This document shows, one piece after another, positions 37,202 to 49,813 of a DNA stretch of 64,000 bases (positions are counted from its first letter, which is position 1; each line of letters opens with the position of its first letter). The notes under the pieces are model-generated. The model ran no database searches, was not told where the DNA came from, and was given only the letters and a program-made list of their open reading frames with translations. A program made the position numbers and the translations under genes. Origin of the DNA: Moniliella sp. 'wahieum'. Taxonomy: Eukaryota. The stretch lies in NCBI GenBank assembly GCA_003971905.1, contig RSEE01000055.1:62001-126000 (forward strand), in the 5' to 3' direction.

Positions 37202-40200
37202 CTATCGTAACATCCTGACCATTCTGCGCTCATCCCACTCCTCCTGCAGACACCCCAAGCGACACCGAGCGAAACGGATCATATGGTATAAAAAATGGCA
37301 GGCCAGATCCCGGATCAAGCTCCTACCGTGGAAAGCGGCGCCATAAGCGGAATCAAGCGGCCCGCCGCGACGGAAGCGACGCAGCAGGAAGGCTGCGCGC
37401 CTGCAGTTTGCCCTGGATATCCTCGATCTTGGCGGCAAAACGGGCGGCGATGTGCTGTCGCTCGGTCCATTGCTTGGTGGGGACCGACGACGCGGGACTC
37501 CAGCGCTGGAGCGGGACCGAGGGGGGAGAAAGGCCGTGGAAGCACCGCCCTCCTCGGTGGCGGAAAGGGAAGGCTTAGGAACAACCGACTTGTCGGACCC
37601 CTTTTCCTTTTCTTTGTCCTTATCCTTGTCCATGTCCTGGTCCTTGTCTGTGCCCTTATCCTTGTCTTTGCCCTTGTCCTTCCTTGTCCTCTACTGGATC
37701 CGAACCTTTCTCGTCCGAAGGCATGTCGGCCAGCGACTTGCCGCGCGAGTGGCGGTGGCCATGTTTCTTGTGCTTGCGGTGCGAGCGGGGCGGCTTGAAG
37801 GTAGCGCAGGTAATGTCGAGCATCCGTGGTGTGGCAGCAAACTGGAGTGCTTGGTTCCGCACCGTCTTGGCTTGGAACAGAAGCGCGGTCAAGCCTTCTT
37901 GGCCCTCGGCCTTCTCCAGGGGCAGCACCTCGGCTTGCTGCTCCTCCTTGTCTTGTTCAACCTTCTGGACATCGTCTTCGTCCACCGACGGTAGCGCGGG
38001 GAGGGCGAACAAGGCGCTACGAAGATCGGCGCTCTTGAGGTAGGCATTCTCGTTGACCACGTGGTGCAAAGCGGCACGGAGAGAACGTACACGGTCGAGC
38101 AGGTAAGAGGTCTCAACGTCAATGGACGAGTAGGTAAACTCGGCGGTGCTTGTTTCTTGGCCCCCGGCGCGCCATCTGGACTGTCCTCGGTACTGGTAGC
38201 GGCAGCGGCGGTGGCCAGCTTGCGTGCGACCACCAAGTTTTTCTCCAGATCGTCAATCTCGTGTTTGAAGCGCATCGTTGGCTTCTTGGTAGGCCTGACT
38301 CTGTTTGAGCGTTTCCCCCAGCTCGTGTTTGAGGGAAACAATCTGTTCGGCCTGCTCCCGACTTGCCTTGAGCTGGCGGTTTAAGCGCTCCACCTTAATT
38401 CCATCTTCTTGCAAGCGCTCGTCCCGCCACTTGAGCTCGCGGTACAAGTCACGAATTTCGTCGGTCAACTTGGCCACCGTTCGCTCTGCTTCCACGTTAC
38501 GCATCGACTCAATCTTAACTTGCTCCACGCGGGCGAGCCATGGCTCGGCGCCCACAACTGCAGATCCAGTGGTCAGTTTTTCTCTTCATAACGGCACGGG
38601 GAAAAATCAGAAGGAACGCACGTTGCACAATGTTATCCGGCTCCTTGGCTACAACCAGCAGGGAAGAGACGGTAGCCACCATCGACGTTGTCGACTCGAG
38701 CGGTTTCGTCCAGGGCTCAGCGTCAAACACATTGAATCCTTCCTTGGTTGAATCGAGCACTTGCTTGAGGAAGTTGGACAAGAGACAGGGCATCTTGGAC
38801 GTTTTGACCTCGTGGGCATAAGTGGAGGCGGAGCGTGCCAAGGCAGCTGCAAATTCCACCAGCTCGGAACTGGTCTGAGTGAGAGTGGGCAAGGTAGAGG
38901 AGACAGCATCCATGCGAAGCGCTTCGGTATTGGCATGCAATCCCTCGAGGTGACGGAGGAACTTGTGCGAGGTAACCTTGGCTGCCTTGAGCTTGTCCAC
39001 CAACTCGTCCAGCGGACCAAACATTGCATTGTCCACGCTCTTTCCTCCGCCCCCAAGCTCCCACTCCACCGAGCCATCGACATGGAGCGCTGCAATGACT
39101 TGCCGCGTAAACGCCAGCGAGGCAAAGAGGGTATCCAGATCGTGTTCAAACAGCGACACACTCCCCACTTCCTTAGCTGACAGGTCCGGCTCGGCATCCG
39201 ACTCGATCACCATCCCACCCTCAACGACAGCATCTTGGTCGGCCGCAGCAAGCGCCTCGGCAAAGTCCTCGAGCTGTGTGATGAAGCGCAGGAGATCCGA
39301 AACGCACTCTGACTCTTTGAGTTCCTCCTTGCGCAGTGCTTCGATATACATATCCATCCTCCGCTCAACAGGAGCAAGCTCCTTGTACATCCGCGCCGCG
39401 GATGAAGGCGCTTGGGCTGCCATGTCCGACAATGGCTGAGATCTGTCGCGAGACGGCAGTAAAGTGGGCGAGGTGGCGCCTCATTTGGCAAATGGAGATG
39501 AGCTTTTCGTTGGGCGGGGGTGATCCAGCGACAGTAGTCTCGGAGCGCTCAAGTTGACGGGGAATGTCATAGTGGATTTCAATCACGTTCTTGATAATGT
39601 CTGCTTTTTGGTGGATGCGCTCAAAGAAGAGTAAAGCGTTGACCGCATCCGCATCTTCGTGGAAGAAGGCGGCAGGGAGATAGGGGCGAATAATATCGAT
39701 GTTCATCTGGGCCTGCTGAGCCGCCAACTTGCCCAACTCGAGTTCGATCGTCTTGGCCTGAGACTTGAGAATAGACGTTTGAAGCTTCATGTTGAGGTTG
39801 AGCATGGCTTGGGTCTGGCTGGCAAGCTTGCTGCCCCCGCCAACAGTTGCGAGAGCACTGGCGTCTGCTCCCTCTGTCTCCGATAGCCATTTGGCCCTCT
39901 CCTCTTGCAATCGTTCGACCTCAGATTGGAGCTGGATGGTAACTTCACGGAACTGAGCAAAGATCGCTTGGTCTTCAGCCACATTGGCCTCCAGGGTCTC
40001 GTTGCGGTGATGCTGTTCGGCAAGCTCGATCGCCTTGAGGTCAATCTCCTCTTGCAGTTGCTTCTCAGTCTCGATGTGAGTTTCCTCAAGTTCGTCATTG
40101 AGCTCCTTGAGTGCATCCAGATCCTCGATCACCGACTTCATCTCCTCAACTTTTTCGTTGAGAACAAGGTTGCGTTCGGTCAACTCTTCAAGCATCTCTT

Positions 40201-42340
40201 CTGCGTTAAGTGCATCGTCCAGTTGTACCTTGAGTTCTTCATCAAAGTCTCTGCACTTTCCAGACGCTCAGAAGCTTGTCGTACTGAGCTTGAATATTGA
40301 TCAGTTGGGCAAGCTCCTTGTCCATCTCAGCAATCTTGCGCCGCTGTTCAACGTCAGTCTCGTTGGTGATGTCGCGGAAACGGACGAGTGCTTCCTTGAG
40401 TTTTTCATTCTGCCGCTCCAATTGGGATGGTAGCTGCAGCGCGCATCTCTGCTGCCCCACCTCGCGATCCACCATTCGCCCTCCAAGCCCGCGGGAGAAG
40501 AAGCGCCGTCGTCGCGGAGGCGGTCCAAAGCGCCTGCTGCTGCTCCTGCAGCACCTCGAGATCGATCTGCAGCTCGTCGCGCGGAGTTTCTCTTGTTCCA
40601 ATTGTTCTTGAAGTAGCTCGACTTGTTCTTCTGCTACCTCCTTGTCGAGTTAGCCATCTCCAGTTGCTCGCTCATATCTTGAGCTTGCAGTTCCATCTGG
40701 TCACGTTGGCTCAACCATTCCTTCTCCATCTTTTCGTAGTTGCGCACATCTTGCTCCAGATCTTGCATCCGCTCCGCCATTTTCCCCTTTTGAGACAAGA
40801 ACTTATCCGCATCCTCCTTGTACCGTTCTAGCTCCCGCAAACGTTCACGATCTTCTTCCTTTTGGCGCTCGAGAACAGTTACCTTTTTGCGCAGGTCGAT
40901 CATTTCGCGCGACGAAAGCAGAGCGCCCTTCACGGGCGATGCGGACGTGGCCCCTCGCCCGGACGATGAAGGAGGCGCAGCGCCAAAGCGCATCGAAGGG
41001 GACAGAGCCATATTGGGTTCCTCTTCCTCGTCCTCATCATCTTCCGACTCGGGGGAAAGTCGAGTCAAGAACTCTGACCGTACCTCGGCACGATCTTGCT
41101 CGCTGGGATCAAACTCGAGCGAACTGGGCAAGACCAAGTCGTCCGAACCCTCCTCGGTCGGATCGCTACTTTGGCCAAACTGTGCTTGAAGCTCACCGAT
41201 GGCAGACGCCTGCCGCCGGGACTGAGAGGCCGCAGTCGCTTGAAGCGCAGGGCGAACAGAAGGAGCGGTGGTGCGGAGCGAGTTGGAACGGGAAGCCAAA
41301 GCGGTTGAAGATGGAGCAGTTGAAGTACCCGTCTGACGCGTGATAGGCGTGGCTACAGCTGCCCCTGGTCTACGTGCGGGAGTTGCTGTGACAGATGGGC
41401 GGGAACGGATGGGGGCGACTGTGGCAGGCACGCCGGGTGGCAGGGGTAGGACGCGGTGCCGCTGAACGGGTAGCAGTCGAAGGGCGCGAAGCAGGGGCGC
41501 GGGCCGCAGGAGTCGTGACGCCTGCTGCAGATGCAGCACGAGATGCGGCCGGAGAAGGAGATGGGCGAGCAGACGAGGCCGGCGTGCCCCTCGGTGTGGT
41601 CCCTGGGTGACCGAGGTGCGCATCCGTGGCGCTGCTGATCCAGGAGCCAATGCATCTCGTTTCAATGGCGAGCTGCGCATGGGGGTGGGCGTTGGGCGTG
41701 CTGACCCAGGGGTCGGGCCGGGCCGGCGGCGACTGATGAACGGGCTCTTATGCCGGGGGATGAAGTACGAGCAGCAGAAGGCGATGAAGGCGCCGCCGCC
41801 GCAGCCTTGACACGGGCGGTGGCCAAGGGAGTCGGACGGGGTGCCTAGATAGAATCAATGCAAGGGATTGAGTGTCAGCAAGAGCAGAGGCCATAGGGGT
41901 GGAGGCAGGACGTACAGCCGCGGGCGTACGAGCAGCCGTGGTGCGCACAGAGGTAGAAGTGCGAGGCGTGCCCACAGGGGGACAGCTGCGGGGCGGGAGG
42001 CGGAGATGCGCGCTGGAAGAGGCTCGTAGGGGTCGCTGGGTACGGAGGAAAGGTCGGCTGCCAGCTCATCGTCGTCGGGTATGCTCGAGGGCGCGCCTGC
42101 CGCTGGGAAGAACGTGGACCTGGCTGGGCCGAACAAACACGCCATGCAGGGCGGGCAGTCTTCGATGTACACGCGGCCCTGAACCGATCCGTCGTTCTTG
42201 CCGTTGGGCAGGTCGAGCACAATGCCGACCCACTGGCCGGGGGCAAAGTGGGGCTCGCCGAGATACATGATGTTGCCCGCCCCGAGCTTGTTGATCTCGA
42301 CGCGCTGGCCGACCCACAGGTGGGGTGCGCTGCCGCTCAT
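37202..42340 (-). CDS. NIP100: Dynactin p150Glued subunit
   Basis: CAP-Gly 'QWVGIVLDLPNGKNDGSVQG', basic Ser/Pro linker, coiled coil 'LERQNEKLKEALVRFRD', 'MLEELTERNLVL...LKELNDELEETHIETEKQLQEEID', and dynactin domain. 3' end approximate. Confidence 0.93.
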
Positions 42341-42715
42341 GGTGAGCCGCGTGTGCTGCAACAGCAAGAGCAGGAAGGAGGGGTGGTGGTGGTGGTGGTG
42401 GTGGTGGTGGTGGGAGGGCGTGGATGCGGGTGTGGCTGCTGCCGCGCTGGCTTTGCCCCACGCGCTGGAGCGGGGGGGCAACCCTACTGCCCAACCCTAG
42501 CGAGGCACCGCTGCGCTGAGTGTGTTGTGAGTTGTGAGTTGTGAGTACCGAGTGTCGGCTGGCTGCTGCTGGCTGATCGCTCGCCTGCCCAAAGGCCTAT
42601 CGTCTATCCCGCCCCCCTTTCCCACTTGCTGGCCATCGCGCACGATGGGCGGCCATGGCTCCCATCGACGCACCACATGTACATTGCTGCTTGCAAGCCA
42701 CCGGGGCGCAGTGCC

Positions 42716-43954
42716 TTATGCATCCATCCTGGTCCCGCAAACGTCAGCTGCCCATTCTAGCCCCCCCCCCCCATCAGGCACATAACGTACTCGTTCACGC
42801 ACTCCCACTCCCCCTTGAGGTTCTCCTTCCACAGCGTAACTTTGCCATCGCCGCACGACACGGCCAGCACATTGCCCGACATGGACCACGACACCTTCCA
42901 CACCGTATCCGGAAACTTGCCCTGGCCATCCGACGAAGGGTCAAGGCGGACCTGGGACCATTCGGACGCGCCCGCCTCCTGCGTCCAGATGAGCACGGTG
43001 CGGTCCTGCGATGCGCTGGCCAGTTGCGTTCGCGGCAGTCCCTGACCAGGAGCAAACGCCACATCGCGCACCCAGTCCGTGTGGCCCACCAGCGGCCCAG
43101 TCTCCTCGATCCACCGGTTTTGCTCTTCACTAAACTCCCAGAGCTTGACCACATTGTCGCAGCCGGCACTGGCGAATCTCCGCACGGGCGCCAGTGCCTG
43201 TGCTGCATCCTGCCCGGCCACAGGCTGCGCATTGACCAGGCTCCCGGGCACAACCGCCGGCGCCCAGGAAACCGCATTGCATCCAATCGGATGCGCCGTG
43301 ACCATGTCCACCGCCCAGGTCCCATTGACTGAAGCACACGCAGGCAGGTTAGTTGCGCCCATTCTACTACGCACAAAACGCAGGGCAGGTCCACGCACAG
43401 TTGAACGTCAACACCGACACATTTCCGTCCGAAGAGGCGCAAGCCAGAACCGCCCCCAGTTCCGGCGGCGCCCAAGCTAAGGAGTTGACCGAAGCCGAGT
43501 GCATGGCATGCTCCTTGATCTTCTGCCAAGAGCCGGTGGGTTGTTGGTGGTACCGTGCGCCACGCGCCGGCGCTGCCGCGGGCGTCTCCTCGTACTTCCA
43601 AATCAACACTTTGCCATCGTACGATGCGCTGGCCAAGATCGAGCCGAATTTGGGGTGGGCCCATGCCACCTGCCACACCGGGCCCTCGTGGCCACCAGCG
43701 ACACCCCTGGGCCCGTCGCAGCACCATCCACCACATCAAACACTTTGACACTCCGATCCGAGCTGCACGTCGCCAATCGGCCCGTAAAAGTCCAGCTGGG
43801 CATCGCTGGACAGAATCAAATGTGTCAGTATAGCTCCTCCCCAACCAGAAGCACACGCCACCTACAATCATATCCTCATGTTGAGTCTCGATCGTTTTGG
43901 GCTCCGTCACGGGCGGGGCAACGGGCACAGCAGCAAGAGCCTGCGAGCGGACAT
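42716..43954 (-). CDS. SEC13: COPII/nuclear pore WD40 protein Sec13
   Basis: 'IETQHEDMI', '[14 protein letters not shown]', '[23 protein letters not shown]', '[13 protein letters not shown]', '[12 protein letters not shown]', '[36 protein letters not shown]'; last exon MDA*. Confidence 0.95.
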
Positions 43955-44698
43955 AGAAATGGTCAGGGGAAGGCTCGAGAGGCGGCGCAAAGTGGGGCAT
44001 ACCATCAGGCAGAAAAAACAAGGCGGCAGTCAAGGGTGGGAAGACGTCAACAAGCGCGATCGAGACTCGTCGTGGCGTTGGCGCGAGCTAGCCACGTTGC
44101 TCCAACGAACAGCCAAACTGGTCCCGTGCCTGGTCTGCTTATGTAATGTCTACCTTACATTTTCACTTGCCCGTCGTGTCCGATGTTCAACCAGTTGTGC
44201 ACCCTTCAATGGTTACAGAGGGGGAGGTTATCCGCGCTTGTTGCAAGCATAGTGGCCGTTGCTTCAATGGGGGAAGAACAGGCGATAGTATGGAAATTGG
44301 AATCCTCCGTCGCGGTACCACTCCATCCTCGCCCCGATCATGCATCAGCTCAGGGGAGCAGAATTGCATTGAATTGAATCTAGTCACATCGCTCATCGAC
44401 ACATGCTGAATCTTCGCTCCTCCCAATTTCGATGGGACGCGGAGAGATGCGGTGCCGACCCGCCAGGGTTTCTTTTCGCTCGCCAAGGGGCCGAGAGACG
44501 GGCACGAAGGGTTGGGAATCGACTGCTCAGATGCAAGAGGAAATAAGTATAAACAGTATATACGTGCACACCTATCGTGGTGGTGAATACAAAAAATCGT
44601 CAGGGGGGTACAAGATGAAGAGTCGCGCATCGGGGAAGGCAAAAGGGAATGTCGTGATCGCGGCGCAGGTTATGTCGGGTATATATCAAGTAGAATCG

Positions 44699-46162
44699 TT
44701 AGAGGGGAGAGGGGGGGTCCAAAACGGGGGTGGAATCAAACGGAGTTGTCAAACCACCCAACACAGCACCGAAAGCAACCGCAACGTCAGCTGCTGGTAC
44801 CTGGATTCGAGGCCAATCCCGTCCGGGATCAGGAACATTTGACGTCAAGGAAATTGTTGCAGCAGTCCCCCAGCTGGACAATGTCTTCCGTCGAGGCTAC
44901 CGACCACACTTCGTATTCGGCCTGGTGGGGGGGCACCAGCCGCGCGATGCGAGACGACGAGCGAGATTGTCACGGTACGCCAACTCTTTGCTGAGCAGAT
45001 GAGCACAAGCCCGACCGGGGCCGAGGCAGATGAATCGCTCTACCCAGCCTCCAGCAGGGCCTCGATGCGCTGAGCCAGTGGACCGGACGGGCCAATGCGC
45101 CGTGCAAGTCCAGGCGAAGGTCGCGTTGGGTGGCCAGCCATTGGCCAGTGAACGGACTGAGGAGACCGAGACCACGCGAGGGGGCAAGGGGCAGGTTCGC
45201 CACGGCGGGACGGACCAAGTCCGCGCCCTTCATCGCTGTGGTGTGGTACGGTCCGGAGGTAGGGATATTAACCGCCTTGGCGCCGTAGCCACGGAGACGA
45301 AGCGGTCGGTCACGTACTGCACTGCGCTCCGTGTCCCGGCCAGAACAAGTTGGAGGGAAGAGTTGATGTTGGCCACCTCGGCGTACTCATCGGGAGCGAC
45401 GCCCTGCACCAAGCCTGCACGAATGTCGCCCATGGCCACCTCGATCTCCAACAGCGCGGCATACAGTTTGCCCGGTTGGAGCATCACGCCAACATCAAGG
45501 GGCGACGGTCCCTCTGCGTCGTCCACGCGCCCATGGAACCCCACGAGTCGTACACACTCAGTGGAGGCATCGTGCCTGGGGGGTAAAATCGGGTGAGTGC
45601 GCACATGGATCGTAGACGCCAGGCCATAATGACGCAGCAGTCTTACTCCATCGGTAAACTCCAACTCACCTGCGAGCACCAACGACGATAGGTTACCCAA
45701 ACCGTGGCCAACGCCACCTGAACATGGTCGCGAACCAAGTCGACCGCAAATTCGGTACGAAGAACTTGTAAGAACGACATGGTCGCCGTGAAGATCGCCG
45801 GCCAAGCATTTCGCCCGCGTCAAGTTGAGCTGGTCGCAACCAAAGACCATGTCCCGGAGCCAAGCCGCGGATGGGCCACGGCCGTCGCGAGTGGGATCGG
45901 CGTAGGCTGTGGTGGACAAGGCAGCTTCAAACGCGGCACGTTGCGCGGACGACCGGGACCACTCGGGCAGATCCACAGGGCGGTCCTGCGGGTCAAAGGA
46001 GCGCACCAGCGCTTTTTCGGCATCAACCCACACTTTCTCGGCCGCCCGAAAGGTACGCGACAATTTCTGGGTCATGCCAATGTACTGCGATCCCTGTCCG
46101 GCAAACACCAGAGCAGTGCTCTTATGACGCAGAGACGAATCCCTGGCCTCATTCCGACCCAT
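44699..46162 (-). CDS. FabD/MCT1-like malonyl-CoA:ACP transacylase homologue lacking the catalytic Ser (probable pseudo-enzyme)
   Basis: 'ALVFAGQGSQYIGM', 'GHGLGNLSSLV', 'VANINSSLQLVLAG', 'SGPYH', 'RPVHW', 'CLGPG'. The start may lie further upstream. Confidence 0.8.
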
Positions 46163-47724
46163 CCGGCAGCCGAGACGACTCCAGAAGAAGGGGAAAAATA
46201 GGTGTGTTGCGGGAGCGGGCGTTTGGTTCGGGTGGAGGGTGAATACTGATCGTTGCAACCCCCAGGTGGTGGAAGAGAGGTGAGTACTTTTGGTAGATAA
46301 GAGATTGAAAAGGAAATCGGAATGGAACGGACCTCATGAACGTAGTTCGCGCCTTGCTCCTTCTCAATCTGTTGTTGGTGGGCGCGCAGACTGAGGAGGT
46401 GGGGCTGCTCACGTTTTCCCTCAGGGGAAAAGGGGGGACTGCGAAGACGGTTTCTCCGCCCCCAGTTGGGTGTTGCACCGGTACCAGGGGAGCCTACAAT
46501 GCCTCGGCTCGGGTGGGGATCAGGAGCTTGGTATCGGCCCCACGTCAGACCGCGGGGTAGGAGGGGAGCCGAGGTGTGGGAGGAGTGGGGGCTCAGCCAG
46601 AGAAGACGAAATGGAGCGTGGGGTGGAGATGGTGAGAGAACGAGGGAGCAAAAGCCGCAGTCGCCATGTCGGGCTCCCTTTGGAGGCGAACGAAGTGCTG
46701 AGCCGGCTGGGATGGCGAGCGCAGGCAACGCGGGGGGCACTAAGCATAGCGGGGGATGATAGAAGACACACTCACGCACGGATTGCAAACAGGCTTTAGC
46801 GCGGACAAGGGGAGACGGAGATGGTGGCAAGGGCCGAGCAGGGGCCCCAGATGAGGATGATCTTGTTGCTGGTGGGATCCGATGCCAGAAAAAATGAGAT
46901 GGCGGGCGGAAGGGGAGATGGGATTGGGGAGAGGGCGCAGCCGTACGGCGGATGAGCGCCACACACAACAGCAGCCCCACAAGAGCGTGGAGATGTGGGG
47001 CTGGTGGGTGAGCCCATCGAACATGGCCGCTGTATAGGCGGGAGTGGCGTCGGATGGGAGAATCGATACCAAGGCACCGATCGAGCGGCTGCCGGGAGCG
47101 GCGACCGGCCTTAAAGCTTGCCGCTTTCCTAACGCTTAGTACGTTGACCGGCGCGGCCGCCGCTCTGCGGGGTCGGCACAGCGCCAGTGTAGTCTGTGCT
47201 TGGCAAAGCGCAGGCCCAGTGCCTGTTCCAGCCCATGGCGGCCATCCACCCGCGCCCGCTTCGCATCGCCACAGTGCCGCCGGGCCAACGTCCAGCTCGC
47301 TGCCCCTCGTTTTCTGTATACCAGCACCGGCAGCCGAGATCGCCGACGTCTCGTCCTGTCGTGAGCCGGTTGCTATTCCCCTTGTATTATCGCCATCAAG
47401 GCACATTATGGACAAAAATACATTTACTTTGGCACGAAAAGTCTGTGCGTGGGGAGGGGTATCAGGAGCCTGCGTCAATGGATGAGCCCCATCCAGCGTT
47501 AAGATGATGTTCCGATCACTGTGCGTCCACAGCCCTGCGTTGACAGGAAAAGTAGCCCGGACAGAAGAGGGACGACGTAAAGCGCGTTATCAGGATGCGA
47601 GGGGCGATTTTGGGCAGAAGAGCAAAGGCGCCGAAGAAAACAAAACCCAACATGCAAGTCAATGGAGACGGAGCAGCACGGCTCACAATGGGCGGCTCGC
47701 TAAAGCTGTGCGCGTTGTACTCAA

Positions 47725-48668
47725 TCAGCTGCAGCAAGCCCCATGGCCATAGCTTGCATCCGCCGCTCGGCCTGCTGCCGCACCAAGATCGGAAGGCGAG
47801 CAATCCCCTTCAAGGCAACGCTCCACTTGCACCGCCTCAATGCCGGCACCGCCTTCGGGGTTGGTCATTCCCCCTCCTCCAGCCGTCGCCAAAAAGAAAG
47901 GATCCTCATCCGAACTGAGGTCAAAGGCGAGTGCATCCCAGGTAGAGATAAAGTGACCAAACAGCCCGCCTAGGCAAATCGCCATGATGATGTATCCGTT
48001 GAACGACATGGCGATCAGCATCACGAGGTACGCGCCCATGAACTGAACAGCGTAGATCAAAGAGCGAACTGTCTGCTGGAAAAGCGAGGGCCGGAACCGA
48101 CGTGGGTTGCGAGCCCAGAAGTGAGCTGCGGCACCACGAGTACCAGCACGAGTAGGATAGCCGTACATTGCAGCGTCCACTCTGCATCACTGGGACTTGG
48201 GTTGCGCGCCAAACGTTTTTCCCCATTGCTCGAGGAGGGAGAAAGTTGGGCTGCCGCCGAAGGTGCCGAGGCCATATGAGGCTGAGACTGAGATTGGGGA
48301 TGAGATTGGGACTGGGACTGGGACTGACGCTGGTGCTGCTCCGAACGCACAATGTACCGATCCCATTCCCGCCCAAGCCGACGAATAACCTCAATGAGCA
48401 CGACCATGAGGAAGATGCCGATGCAGGAGCCTGCGAACTGACCATTGGTTTTGATACTGGAGGCAGGGAAGGGAGAGAGAGTTAGGCACCAGCAGGCAAG
48501 CACGGTGGTCCGAATCGCAACTTACTGCCACGAGGGGGAGAGGATACAGATCCCGACCGTTTGCCAATTGCCAGTCATGTGGGTCGAACACGTTCCCCCC
48601 ATCATCATTCCGCCCATTGAGCCTGAGCCTGAGCCCGAGCCCGAGCCCATGTTCATGTTCATGTCCAT
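47725..48668 (-). CDS. Ctr-family high-affinity copper transporter (Ctr3/Ctr4 type)
   Basis: Met-rich N-terminus 'MDMNMNM...MGGMMMGG', 'WQTVGICILSPSWQ|IKTNGQFAGSCIG', 'RRLGREWDR', TM2 MxxxM 'MLIAM', GxxxG, and C-terminal 'ACCS'. Confidence 0.92.
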
Positions 48669-49813
48669 CGGCGTAAAAGAGGCGGGTGAGGGGGAGGAGG
48701 GACGGGGGTGGAGTGGTGGATGAGAAGGGAGGGTTGGTGCCATGGACAGCCCCACCTGTCGACAGGGGAGCAGGTGGGCTTGCACTAGCCAGGGGAATGG
48801 AGGGCTCGGGGAGTTTTCCCTGTGCTCGGCGCGTTCTGAGGACATTGGTTAGACTCGCCCCGGGCGGAAGGCGAGCAGGCGGCACAGGGCCAGTGCTCGG
48901 CGCCTTTCCAGTCGGCCCGGCCCCTGCTCCGATCACCGACCGGTCATCGATCCGATCCGTGTTACTCATTTGCATTCCAGAGCTCCATGCCGCCGAATGC
49001 AATGTTGCAATGCCGGCGGCTCCGGGCGGATCACGTAATTCTGCCTCGAAGGGAAGGGGCATTGCCTGCGTTGTCCAGCCGCTGTTTCCGTGGGATTGTA
49101 TGTTCCTCTGCGGTTGCTGCCGCGTGGCCATAGACGCGCACACCCACGGACTCCTGGCTGATGCCAATGGTCCGGGGGGGGGGGCGGGGGGCGCTAGAGA
49201 ACGGCGGTGGCGTGGCACTCCTGTTGGCAGATTGGATTAACAGGCAGGCCGTGGTTGGGCTGCTTTCCGACAGGGGGCACTGAGTACTGAGCTCCTGAGC
49301 CTGAGACGGGATGAGACGAGTGACTAATACAAAACGTGACTATAGATGGGATGCTCTGGCACTGTTTTGAAACGGACACCGGCGCGCTAACCCTTGCTGT
49401 GTGGTGGTATATAAATGTGACCTGACCGACGCAGCCAGTTTGGAGAGGGACGATGTCGATGACCCGGCGTAGCGTGAGCGTGGGCGTGAGCGTGCGACGC
49501 GGGCGAGGGGTGGCGGTGGCGGTTGTCGGCAGCGGTGGCGGTAGCGGCAGCGGCGCAGGCGGCCCCGCGGGTTCCCGCCCCCCCCCCCCCCAGGACAGCA
49601 GCAGGAAGGAGGCCGAAGGCGTGACGTAAGATGCGGGGCAATTTCTCGGCAGGGCGCCAGTGTGGGAAAGCGAACATTTCACCGGGTGCGTGTGCTGCTG
49701 GCGCCGGGCAGCCCCTGCCGTCCTGAAAATTCTCAAGCATCTCCACGCCAGCAACGCACGCCTCAGCGCCCGCGACTCCCCGGCCCTCCTTCTCCTCCAC
49801 CTCCCTCCCCGCC

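Noticed and set aside
46072..49800. Long ORFs such as 46072-47478(-) and 48391-49218(-), and antisense ORFs over known genes
   Set aside because: No recognisable domains; such ORFs are expected by-products of high GC content and codon bias on the opposite strand.
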